Shown piece by piece: positions 1 to 9,999 of a stretch of DNA of 64,000 nucleotides. How positions within the stretch are numbered: position 1 is the first letter of the stretch; every line of letters begins with the position of its first letter. The stretch is from NCBI GenBank assembly GCA_965649825.1, contig OZ287708.1, forward strand, positions 1 through 64,000, read 5' to 3'. The position numbers were made by a program, and so were the translations under genes. The notes beneath the pieces are model-generated. The model did no database searches and was not told the origin of the DNA. It saw nothing but the letters and a program-made list of their open reading frames with translations. The stretch comes from Penicillus capitatus. Taxonomy: Eukaryota; Plantae; Chlorophyta.

Positions 1-3000
1 GCTCGAAGCTGACGGTCTTGTCCGCGTCCCTCGACCGGACCGTCTCCAGCACGACCTGCGTGATGGCGTTGTTGATGACGGTCGAGACCAGCTGCGATCC
101 GATGCCGTCGCCTTCCTTCTTTCCGGCGAAGCACCGATGGCGCTTCTTCAGGGACACGGTGTAGCACTTGTTGGTGATCTCGGCGGCGAAGATCATGGCG
201 AAGACGACGACCAGCATCAGAGACGTGATCAGGACCAGCCATTCGAGAATCTCCCGGTTCGCATCCGGAAGGTTCTCGCTGTAGAACATCAGTCCGCCGA
301 ACGCCTCGAACAGCAGCGCCACCAGCAGGAAACTGAAGAGGACGTCGAGGTAGGTGTTGACGTAGGGCGCCGTGTAGATGTGGACCATCAGAGAGGCGTT
401 GATGATCACCGAGATCGCTCCCACCTGGAAGGCGGGATTGTTCGTAGACCAGCACCAAGACGAAGAGCAGCTTTCTGAGGATGTCGATGGCCGGAGTGAA
501 GTAGTAATCCAGCTCGTACTTCTCGTAGATGAATCCGTACCTGCGGAGCTGCACGGGATCCACGAAGCCGCCCTGGGAACGCAGGCAGTAGAGCTTCCAG
601 CCGACGAACGCCGGGTAGCCGACGACGAAGACGAGGATGCCCACGATTGCCAGGACGACGGTCTTCATGTGCTCCTCGTCGCAGACGACGCTCGGATCCG
701 CCCGCAGCACGGAGACGGACGCGACGTTCGTGCACTTGAACACGTCGAAGCAGTACTTGGCGACGGTGATGTAGGTGGTGTCCACCGATGCCAGCAGCGT
801 CGCGATGGTCGCGTCCCACTTCTGCACGAGCTGCGCGTCGTCCTCGGGGAGGTGCACGAAGAAAGACACCAGCCGCCTCTTCCGCCCCTCCAGTTTGACC
901 CACCGGTGCTTGTGCAGCACGTAGGCGAGAGCCGATCCCAGATAGCCGCTGCAGCCCATGATCGTCATCAGGAAGGGAAGCCCCAGCTGCAGCAGGAATC
1001 TCTGCCTGAATCCCCACCGAGCGCTGCAGGACGGCTGCATGATGTCCACATCGAAGTCCAGAAGACTGGCCAGGCCGAACAGCGTGACCACCATGTCCGT
1101 CCACTTCAGATGGATGTCGCCGATGACGTTGGCCAGCTGCGCCCAGTGCAGGACGATCTCGAGCGACGCCACGTTTCGCGACACGACGACGTTGATCATG
1201 TACCACACCAGCAGCAGGAAGGTGAAGGCGGCTGCAACGCCTGCCGAGTTTCGGCACGGATAGCACTTCTGAATGACGCGGAAGTAGCCGTCGGCGCACT
1301 CCGAACACAACCTACAGCGCGGATCCGGACGACGGACGGAAACCGTGTGCTGCCCCACCTGCCCATGTGCCCCTCCTGACAGTCTCTGCCCGGTCCTCCG
1401 ACGCAGCTGCTGGGAGGATCGCAGCTGTACACTTCGTTTCGCTGGAGATCTCCGGTCCAGTAACCTTCCTGCGGAACCGGCAGCCGCATTCCGCCTTCGC
1501 ACGTCGCTCCCTCGGGACACGGCTCGCACGCCGTGCCCGGTTTCGTCTGGCGGTTCACGTAACCCTGCCTGCACACACATTCCTCTACGTCCCTGGCTCC
1601 GCGGACGGTTGTCGTCGTTCCCTCCGGACAAGGCCTGCACGCCTTCTGCGCCAGCTGATCCGACCACGTCCCGATCGGGCAGTTGTCGCAGTGATCGGCG
1701 TCGACCTGATCCGAAAACTCTCCCCGCGTGCAGGCCTCGCAGGGGTCGAACGGATCCGGGCCGACATACGAGCCTGGCATGCACTTCTCCCTGTAGCGGT
1801 TCCTCGCCGGATAGTTCAGCAACTCGGTGGCGTGTCCGACCGGCAAGACGGGAACGATCTTTCGGCACGTCCTCCCGCTATCGTCCTCGGACACGACCAC
1901 CTGCGTCGTCACCGGATCCAGGAGTACGTTGCGTCGATACTCGTTGAAGTCGACGCCGCCGAAGAAGGTCTCCTCCATCTCCAGGGCGGCCAGAGCGTCG
2001 AGCACGCGTTGATATCCGTTGCCGCCCCCATCTCCGTCGCACTGGATCGCGCTCTCGTCGTAAAGCAGCGCGTCGACGTCTCCCAGAGTCGCCGAGATAT
2101 CGCAGTCGACGAAGGCCTCTCGAATGGCCTGCGTCAGCGTCAACCCGACAGCAGAGGCTCCGGCCGCCACGTACGTCGGCGTCTGGCCGTCGAACCTCTC
2201 CCGGTATCTCTGCGCATAACCCTGCGCCGAACCGAAGAAGGCGTCCTCGTAGTTCAGTCCGTGGTGCCACTGCGCGGCGCTGAGCAGGTCGTCTGCCACA
2301 TAGGGCGGCTCGAAGGCGTCCACCCACTCCTGCTTCGTCGGGCCCACCGTCAGAAAGAAGCCCTTCAGGGGATACCGGATCCGGTGAAAGGCTTCGACCA
2401 GAGCCTTGCCGTCGTCCGGAAAGACGCACGCCACGACGACTTCGATCTCGTTGTCCCGAACCTCTTTGGCGATCTCCAGAGCTGCGTCATCCGTCAGGGT
2501 CTGGTTGAAGGCGTACATCACGCGGATGCCGCTCTCCATCATCCACACGCCGTTCGAGTCACGGTAGAAACCGCTGGCCGCTTCGCACGTCGTGCGCGTG
2601 AACGGATCGTCCTGCTGGGAAACGAACACCATGGTGCGGACGTCGGCCACTTGCATGGTCCGAATGACCAGCTTCGTGTACTGCAAGTTGGAGACCTGGA
2701 TGCCGTAGACGGTGCGGTGATTCTGCCGGTAGAGGTAGTCGGGCCCAACACAGCAGTGGTAGTTCAGGACATCAGCTTCACTGGCCAGACGCATCTGCGT
2801 TTCGGCAAAGGCTGGATGGGACCCTCCGAGGAAGTGCACTCTCTCCTTTCCGATGAGCTTCTGCACCTGTCGCCGATGCAGCTCCGCATCGCTGCGGTCC
2901 TCGCGGGCGAGAAAACGGAACTGGAAATGGAATCCCCCTGTGGCGTTCTTTCCTTTGAGCCAGAATCCGCGGTTGTCGTTTTCCGCGTTGACGGTCTCGA

Positions 3001-3160
3001 AGTACAGCTGGTAGCCATTCCTCGCCTCGACGAAGTCCCTCTTTGCGCCAATCGTGCTGAAGACGCCGCCGAAACGGAAGGCCGAATCGGCTGCGACGCC
3101 AATCGCGAACAGGAGACAGAGAAAAAGCTTCATGCAATAGCGCAGGGACAGGAAACGCAT
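1..3160 (-). CDS. Receptor-like membrane protein, copy 1: signal peptide + type-1 periplasmic-binding (Venus flytrap) domain + Cys-rich GCC2/GCC3-ephrin-like repeats + ~9 TM helices. Runs off the window edge and has a 2-bp deletion at ~442
   Basis: Hydrophobic N-terminus MRFLSLRYCMKLFLCLLFAIGVAA. LIV-BP-like segments (QKLIGKERVHFLGGSH, AAQWHHGL, TYVAAGASAVG). CxxC repeats (CEACTRGEFSDQVDADHCDNCPIGTWS). A 47-nt GT-AG intron at 1312-1358 joins GHMGR to LCSECADGY. Near-identical to 44443-54131, which reads GATTGTTGACGTAG where this copy reads GATTGTTCGTAG. Confidence 0.85.
1312..1358 (-). other. 47-nt spliceosomal intron of the receptor gene (copy 2 equivalent 46640-46686)
   Basis: AG|GTGGGG...GCTGTAG|GTTG. 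Removing it joins the 676-aa ORF frame to the TM-domain frame seen in ORF 44443..47112. Confidence 0.85.
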
Positions 3161-4117
3161 TGAAGGTGTGGCTGTCTGTCTGTTAGTAAATCTGCCTCGT
3201 AATGATTGCGTACTCCAGTCGTACACGTGCAGACCTTAGGCCGCCCTTCGTAGAATCGGCTAACAATCCACCTCGGATGACAGTGTCCAATCGTTTTCAG
3301 TACAGCGCAAGTCAACGACGGTCTCGTAGACAGCAGATGGCTGAGCTTTAGACAGTGAAGCACGGCTTCTGATCGAAGGTCGGTTTGCGAAGACGGGACC
3401 CGAGCTTAGGAGTGAGGTGGACAGCTGATGCTTGAGGGCGTCGACAGTGCTTTGCGTTCCACCTTCCAGAGTGCGCCAGGGTAGCAGATTGTCGTTGGAA
3501 ACGGGCCGGTGTGCCGCTGCATCCTTATCGAAATCGTCCATGCCGTTGCATTTCTAGTGTCTGGTGAGTTCTGAGACAATGAGGGCTGCGACGGAGAGCG
3601 TCCGTCTTCTGTAAGAGACCACTTGTCAAAATTCCTTGCAGCGAGAGACGAACAGTTACCGCCGACTGCTCTGAGTGCGTATGGCGTTCTAGGACGATGC
3701 CGTCAACGCTTCCGAGATCTCGGGCATCGCAAGGACCCCCGGCACTCGAGTGCACGCCTCTCGGACAGAGGCATAGCGCCGTAGCGTTATCAACAAGCAA
3801 TAGTGCTTCGCACAGAGAGAGCTGAGCAGTTGTCCAACCACGGACATGCTACGCGAGGTGCCAGCTAAGGTCTTGGACTTAAGCACATATCGGATGCTCG
3901 GATTAGCCGTTGTCCTTGTCTGCCGGCGGAAGAGGATGCGCCGAAGAGATCTGTGGATGCCGGACGGCTTCTCCGAACTGATGGCGACGAGGTTGACGAC
4001 GCATTGCTTCGTGCGACCCCTTCAACACAGTCGGGAAGGGGTCGATGTTATAGTTTTCCATCGTCGGTTCGTAACTCGCTCGCAATGAATAACGTCAAGG
4101 CAATGGAATTCGATTGC

Positions 4118-4940
4118 TTACAATGCTTGTACAGTGTCACTCTTTTTAAAAAAGGTGTGATTTCGAGTAAAAAAGTGTTACAATTCTGGTTAAAGGACGC
4201 CGGCTTATACCTCGTCACTCGTTTGAAAAGTGTGACATACAGAAAAGAGTGTCACAATGGTAGTTCACGCAAAATAAAATGTCCACCCCGCCACAAAGTC
4301 TGCAGAGAAAGAGTGAGAAGGTGTGAATGTGCGATGAGAGAACTTACGGTCGGCGAGCGGCGCCTCACAGTGCGGCGCGGGCGGTCTCCCTGAACGAACA
4401 CTGACACCGATTCCAGTCAGAGTGCGCGAGGAGAACGAAATGCAACTGAGGATCGACTACTAGGAAGTAGATGTGCCTCTCTCGGTGCAGCAACGCGCAG
4501 CGCGGACATGCAGGAAAGGGGTCATGACATGGAAGAGGAAAAAAAGACCCGAGTAAACACAGGCACAGCAGGAAAACAGCAAAGAAAGCAAACTGACACA
4601 TGCAAGTAGTAAACAGGCAGGAAAAGGTAAAAAGCAACAGTAAACACAAAAGGAAAATAAGGTAACAGGCAAGCAGGAAAGGAAAAAGACACAGGAAAGG
4701 AAAGGAAAGAACAACAAAACAAGCAGGGAGAATCACAAGAGAGACACCCAGGAGGGAGCAGAGAGGAAAAAGAACAGAAAAGACGGTCCTGGGTGTTTGA
4801 GAGAAGCACACTACCGCCGTTCGTCGGCAGTGTACATCCGCCTGCCCCGTGTGCGCGACCCCGAAAGGCGGGCAGGTCGCCAAGGCCCTACCCGCTGGTG
4901 CCGCGAAGGGTGCGCGGCACCGCTGCCTCGGGGTGGGGAA
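4118..4940 (-). other. Conserved spliced 3-prime transcript end (transcript Y), copy A; coding status unclear
   Basis: 48-nt GTAAGT..CAG intron at 4300-4347, exactly 48 nt in all four units (13932-13979, 23907-23954, 55270-55317). 42-nt upstream mini-exon 4348-4389 preceded by a CTGAC branch-like site. TGTAA at 4118-4122 is conserved in all units. Confidence 0.55.
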
Positions 4941-5049
4941 GTGTCGGCTCTTGGCTGGAGTGATGATGCGGCTTCTTCTGGTGCTCTGGAGCTCCAGATG
5001 TCGAGTCTGACTTGCTCCATGTTCATGTTCTTGGTTGCTTGCCACAAAG

Positions 5050-7550
5050 CTTGGATTCTCTAAGTGTTCGGTCAGTTTTTCATCTTGAGTCTATCATCCA
5101 ACACATGTCAAGGCAGGAAAGAGGTGGATGGTCAGTCTCACTCTTGATTGTTGGTATCAGTGAGAGGTCCCTTTGCTGAGATGAAGACAGAAGCGGGAAC
5201 TGAGAGCATGTTGACTGACCAAGACTCCATGGCAACACCAGAATGAAGCGGACAGTGTCTTCTGTTTAGTGATGAACTTGGGCAAGCTTTATTCCAGATG
5301 TCTCTGCAATTGATGGTGGCACTGGCTTCGATGCTCATAATCCCATCCAGAGAGGAATGCTTCAATCCGTGGATGACTGGAGCCCGCATAGCAGGCTCCT
5401 CCTCCAGCCATATCTGCTGGGACGCTTCTCTTGAGCACAGAATGATGATTCTGTCTTCTCTCTGTTGACTGTTGCCTCGCTAAGAGAGGAGAGTGTAAGA
5501 CAATGGTTAACCTGTCGATTGCGTTCTTCTAGTGGAAGCTGTTGATCTCTGTCAGCAGCGGAGTTGAATGTGACTGTTTGCATCAGCTTTAGTCGAGACT
5601 TCTTCCTTCCATTGACAGCTCGCTCAGTGGACTGCCATGCCTCTCCTGTGGTATTAGCAGTCGAGGACAGAGGTCCCGTCCGCTGAAGACTGTGATCGAG
5701 CGAACAACACATCGATGCCTGATGGAGAATCCCTGACCGGATTGGGACACACACATCACTTCTTTCCAGCTGAATGTGATGTGCTGCTCATCGACAGACA
5801 TCCTTCCACTACCTGACATAACATGATCAAACGCACTCTAAGACTTCAAGGATGACCTTAATATGTGTGTCTTCCAGTGGGATGTCGAGCATGGGCAGAT
5901 GGGTGCTGTAGATTCTGTCGATAGTTGTTCGTGGTTGTATTCATACAAAACTCCAGAAGCCATCCATGGAGGTACCAGAGTGTCACGTGCCCAGTCACTC
6001 GATGATTGACGGACACATTTTCTTGTCCTGGCAGAGATTGAGCCATTTCCTCGATAACACCCCTATTTCAAATGGGCCTAGAGAAAAACATCTAAGCATG
6101 GTAGTCGTTTCGATGACCTCACCTATTGGGTAATGGATTGTAGCTAGTCATTCTATCAGACTTCTTGAACCATGCTTTCTGTTGCACTGGAAAAGTTCTT
6201 TATGACACCAGTCATCACACATTGGATTTTGAACAAGCTCGGCGTCTCCAGACTGGCGAAATGTATCTCTTGTAGTGATCGCTTCACGAGTTCCAATCCT
6301 CTGTTAGATGCCGAATGCCTGCGATGCGGAAAACCCGACTTGCTTCCCTTGGATGGATGCTTCCTTGCAGCAGCTGGATTCTTCAGACTCCGTGGAAACC
6401 AATCGGTCCATCTTGGCATCTTCGACAGAAAGGTTGTCTCTGTGAACCTTCTTCTGAGGGATTGAGAGTGGTTGAGACCAGAATTCTCCGGACGTGCTTG
6501 TCGGAGTCTTTCGTTGAGAGGTTTCATGGAAATCACACGACGGATTCTTCAGACCAACAGGCGGCATGTCTGTTCTTGCGAAGATAACTTGCTCCAAAGG
6601 CAAACAGATTCTGTGTGTGCTGAATGCCTTTTGGGTTGATGAGACTGTTCTCAGTGTCCTTAGGTGGATGTCTCCACACTGTATATTAGATTCTGGAGCT
6701 CCAGCGAGACCGAATGATTCATCTGGACTCTTCTTGAGCAGCTGGTTTTCGTTCGCTGTGTTCCAGGAGACAAAGGATGATCGATCCATGTAGACTTCGG
6801 TGCTTTCCAGGATCTCTTGTTGTACTTCAGCACGAGTCAGCGCGACAGATTCCTCACAGACTATCATCTTCAGCCTGACACGAGGCTTCCTCTTCCAGGT
6901 GGCTCCATTGCCTCTGTCATCATCTCAGTCTCTCCGAGCAATGCTGCACCTCCACGCGGCCGAAGATGCGGCAGTTGTTCATAGACGAACGTCTTCATGC
7001 ACAGGGTGGATTCCAAAACGCATCAACGAAATCTGCTTCAGTCTCGTGCAGGGAAGAAAGATTCCGCTTCTCCGGAAGATCACTCGTTAGGATCGGGTAT
7101 CCAGTTGTCTTGAGCGGATATGCGGTCGGAGACTTGGTCGACTGGATCCTCTTGCACGACGAAGCTCTGCATCTCTTGAAAACACGCTGAGCGGATCCTA
7201 CCCTGGAACAATCCCTGTTCTGGCCAGATCACAATGCGTCTGAAAAAAGACCTGACAGGTCTTACAGTGGAGGATTGGATGAATGGTTGTCTATACAGGC
7301 ACTCTGGCAGCAAACAGTGCGTTCCAGAACTGAGGGTATGCACTCGAAAGACCATCTCTCCATTGCCATTGAGGCACGAGCATCTTCAGTCTTTGTCGTC
7401 GTCACGTAGACCATGCATTCCCTGGGCACACTCAATGCTCCAGACCATAATGACTTCGCCACAGTCCATTCGCCGATGACACAGAACGAGGCCAGACTCT
7501 GACAAAACAACGAAGGTTGGTGCGTGGCTTCAAAAGGAACTGAGTTGATG
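5050..7550 (-). pseudogene. Decayed ~2.5 kb ORF of unknown family, unit A (homologs ~14700-17200, ~24700-27200, ~56030-58550)
   Basis: Peptide fragments are frame-consistent across copies (FWN(A/T)(L/P)FA, PILHCKTC(Q/H)VF, (H/N)E-x-x-A-x-F-x-D-x-F, NQL(L/R)KKSP(D/E)E) but are broken by different stops and frameshifts in each copy. Confidence 0.5.
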
Positions 7551-7689
7551 CAACCTGGTTGCCTCTAGCAACCCTTCTAGAACCACAGAGGAGTAAGATC
7601 TGAAAAGTGAACTAAGAGTGACTCACTCTTCTCGTATCATTGATCGATCCAAATAACTTTTCCTGAATGCAACTCTCATGATCTCACCA

Positions 7690-8350
7690 AATGGGCCTTA
7701 TCTTAAACAGGTGACACAATCGGAACGAAACACTAAGCAAAAAAGGAGTGTTATGCAGCAGCACGTGTAAACTGAACACAGCATCTCCAGGCGACAAAAC
7801 CGCAGATCGGACATGACGGCCTCCAGACAGAAAAACGGCAGGTAGAACACGGCAGCTCAGGGCAGCAAAACAGCGAGTAGAACTCGACAGTCTACATCCA
7901 GAATAAGGAAACAACTATGACATGCAAGCCTCTCCACACAGCAAAACACCAAAAAGGACGCGACAGAACTCCATGCAGCAGAACAGCACAGCAGGACCAA
8001 GACAAAAAACAAAGTGACCACAGCTTCTAGGCAATGAAACAGCAAATAGGAAATGAGATCATCCAAGCAGCTTAACAGCCGATAAGAAACGGTATCCTCC
8101 GGGCACAGATCAGAAATCACAGCAAGGCCAGCCTCCAGACAGCGAGACAGCAGGTAAGACAACGCCAGCCTCCGTGCAACAGATCAGAAATCAAGACGAT
8201 GCTAGCCTCCAGGCAGCGAGACAGCAGGTAAGACAACGCCAGCCTCCGTGCGGCAAAACAGCAGATAGGTCGACACCAGCCTCCGGGCAGCGAGACAATC
8301 GAAAAGACGCCCAATCACACCAAAGTAGAGGTTGACAGCCAAAAAACAGC
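7690..8350. repeat. Degenerate short tandem repeats (CAGCAGGTA(A/G)GA...GCCAGCCTCC units); homologs 17300-18470, 27300-28320, 58700-59410
   Basis: Many imperfect copies, e.g. GACAGCAGGTAAGACAACGCCAGCCTCCGTGC twice at ~8148 and ~8221. Confidence 0.75.
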
Positions 8351-8682
8351 ATGAGAAAGAAAACAGCTCTCACAGTCTATTTGTTTTTTTTTCTGATTTT
8401 AATGTCACACTAGAAGAAGTTTGACATTGTTAACTATGGACACAGCCAACCACAACAAAACGGAGGTGGAATGGCAGAAACAGCAAAGAAAGAAAACAGC
8501 CAATTATTTTTTTGTGTTTTTTGTGTCACACTTTAAAAGGTGTGACGTTTTGGTTTTTTTGTTTTGTTTTTTTATTTTATTTTGATTTCTCACACCAAAA
8601 AGTGTGAGATGTCCCAAAAAGTTTCAGTTTCTAGATTTTCACCCCGGAAAAAACAGTTGCCGAAGGTGAAGAACGGTGGTCC

Positions 8683-9918
8683 TTAGACAGACCAATTCTG
8701 AAGATGAATCTACACACAAAACAAGAGATAGAAAAGAGTAGGAGAGAGTGTGTGACTTACGCATTGGCCCGAGAAGAAAAACAGACGCTCCGGAATTGCA
8801 GTGCCCAAGGGCACGCACTCGCCCGAGAGGAAGTATGGCCGGGGCGGGATGCCGGGGGGACGGACAGAGAAGACAAAGGGGCGTGGCGGGATTGGAGGCG
8901 GGCAGTTCAGGGAGAAACGAGATGTGCGAACAGGAAAGGGAGGTGGACAGGCGGGGAGTGAAAATTTTAGTGGGCGGGGAGGAATAAGAGGTGGATGGGA
9001 GGAAGGAATACAGAAAACATGTGGACGTGATGGGAAGAGAGGAGATTCTGTAGGTTGTGGAGAGGGAGAGGGTAGAATGGGCTGTGGAGATTGACAGGGA
9101 GACCACTCCATCTGGGCAGGAGGCTGCCACGGCTGCATCGGCGGGCACGGAGGCGGCTGCACGGACGGGCAAGAAGACGGGCACGGAGGAGGCTGCGATG
9201 GCTGCACTGGCGGACATGGAGAAGGCTGGGAACACGGAGGCGGATTGCACGGATCTTGCTGTTCTTGTGCCTAGAAGTACAAACCTGTAAAGTGATTCTT
9301 GCTGGATGAGTTCTTACCTCTTCGCCCCCGACGTCCATCTCCGACGGGCCTTGAGCCAGGCGTTCTCTCCGTTGGTCCGCGGAGAGAACCCTGGCTCGCC
9401 GTCCCCTGCGAGGCTGTTCGGTTTGGGCCCGTGGAGGCCCAAACCGAACAGGAGGGGCCTGCTGCCTCTGCAGCTCGACGCCCCTCCGAGCAGTTGTCTG
9501 GGCCTTCAAGGCCCAGTACAACTGCTCGCGCTCGCCCTTCTCCATCTTCCTAAACGCTCTCGGAGGCCTGTTACCCAGGACCTCCTCGAGCGTTACCTGG
9601 GAAAACCTAGAAGACATAGAAAGCAATTATCGACAGCAGCATAGTCGATCAAGGCCAGAGAAGGCAGTCGTGACCATTAGAAAGCGAAAAGCAGAAGAGA
9701 CAGATTCGTTTCGGAAAGCAGGACGGCGGCAATGCTCTATGGAGAGTGTAAACGCGAACGCGCGAGTCGGGTCTAGACGCATGCGAGCGCATGGAGAGCG
9801 TCCGCTCGGAAGGCTGAAAGCTCAGAGGGGCGCGCGACGCGTCGAAACATGAACGCAGGACTTACGGCTTTCCAGGATATCCGTAGTCCTCCTCCGTTGT
9901 CATTCGCTCGTCGGCCAT
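8683..9918 (-). CDS. Orphan 4-exon gene X, copy A (exons 9918-9866, 9606-9318, 9270-8761, 8709-8683; ~292 aa)
   Basis: TATAAA at 9994-9999, ACCATGG start, canonical GT-AG introns with consistent phases. MADERMTTEEDYGYPGKP-FSQVTLEEVLGNRPPRAF...; Pro/Ser-rich exon 3 ending GIPPRPYFLSGEC...FFFSGQC. Frame open in all four copies. Confidence 0.8.
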
Positions 9919-9993
9919 GGTCGCTAAAGTCGGTCGCAGAAAACAAAGCGGAGGAACCCGAAACTCGAGTGCGGAAGGGTCAGCGACAGGACC

Positions 9994-9999
9994 TTTATA
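9994..9999 (-). promoter_or_regulatory. TATA box of gene X (also 20087-20092, 29910-29915, 60973-60978)
   Basis: GCCTATAAAGGTCC is identical in all four copies, about 75 nt upstream of the ATG. Confidence 0.7.

Noticed and set aside
1367-3163. Long plus-strand ORFs (598, 333, 479, 443 aa) opposite the receptor gene
   Set aside because: Antisense shadows of a GC-rich coding sequence; no motifs, and the minus frame has clear domains.
4390-4530. Hammerhead ribozyme (CTGAGGA and GAAA on plus) or C/D snoRNA (GTCATGA..CTGA on minus)
   Set aside because: Stems I-III cannot be formed around the core, and box C is non-canonical with only a 3-bp terminal stem.
4365-5045. Hydrophobic 226-aa ORF ending CHDPFPACPRC...RETARAAL as a membrane protein
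   Set aside because: The hydrophobicity comes from a CT-rich tract whose indels break the frame in units B and C; substitutions in the conserved tail are mostly non-synonymous.
8520-8612. TGTGA/TCACA palindromes as bacterial CRP sites
   Set aside because: The half-site order is reversed, the spacing is variable, and the DNA is eukaryotic.
9500-9606. HMG-box resemblance of gene X (RPPRAF...EREQLY)
   Set aside because: The two HMG-like patches are adjacent, without the ~30 residues of helices 1-2; not enough for a call.
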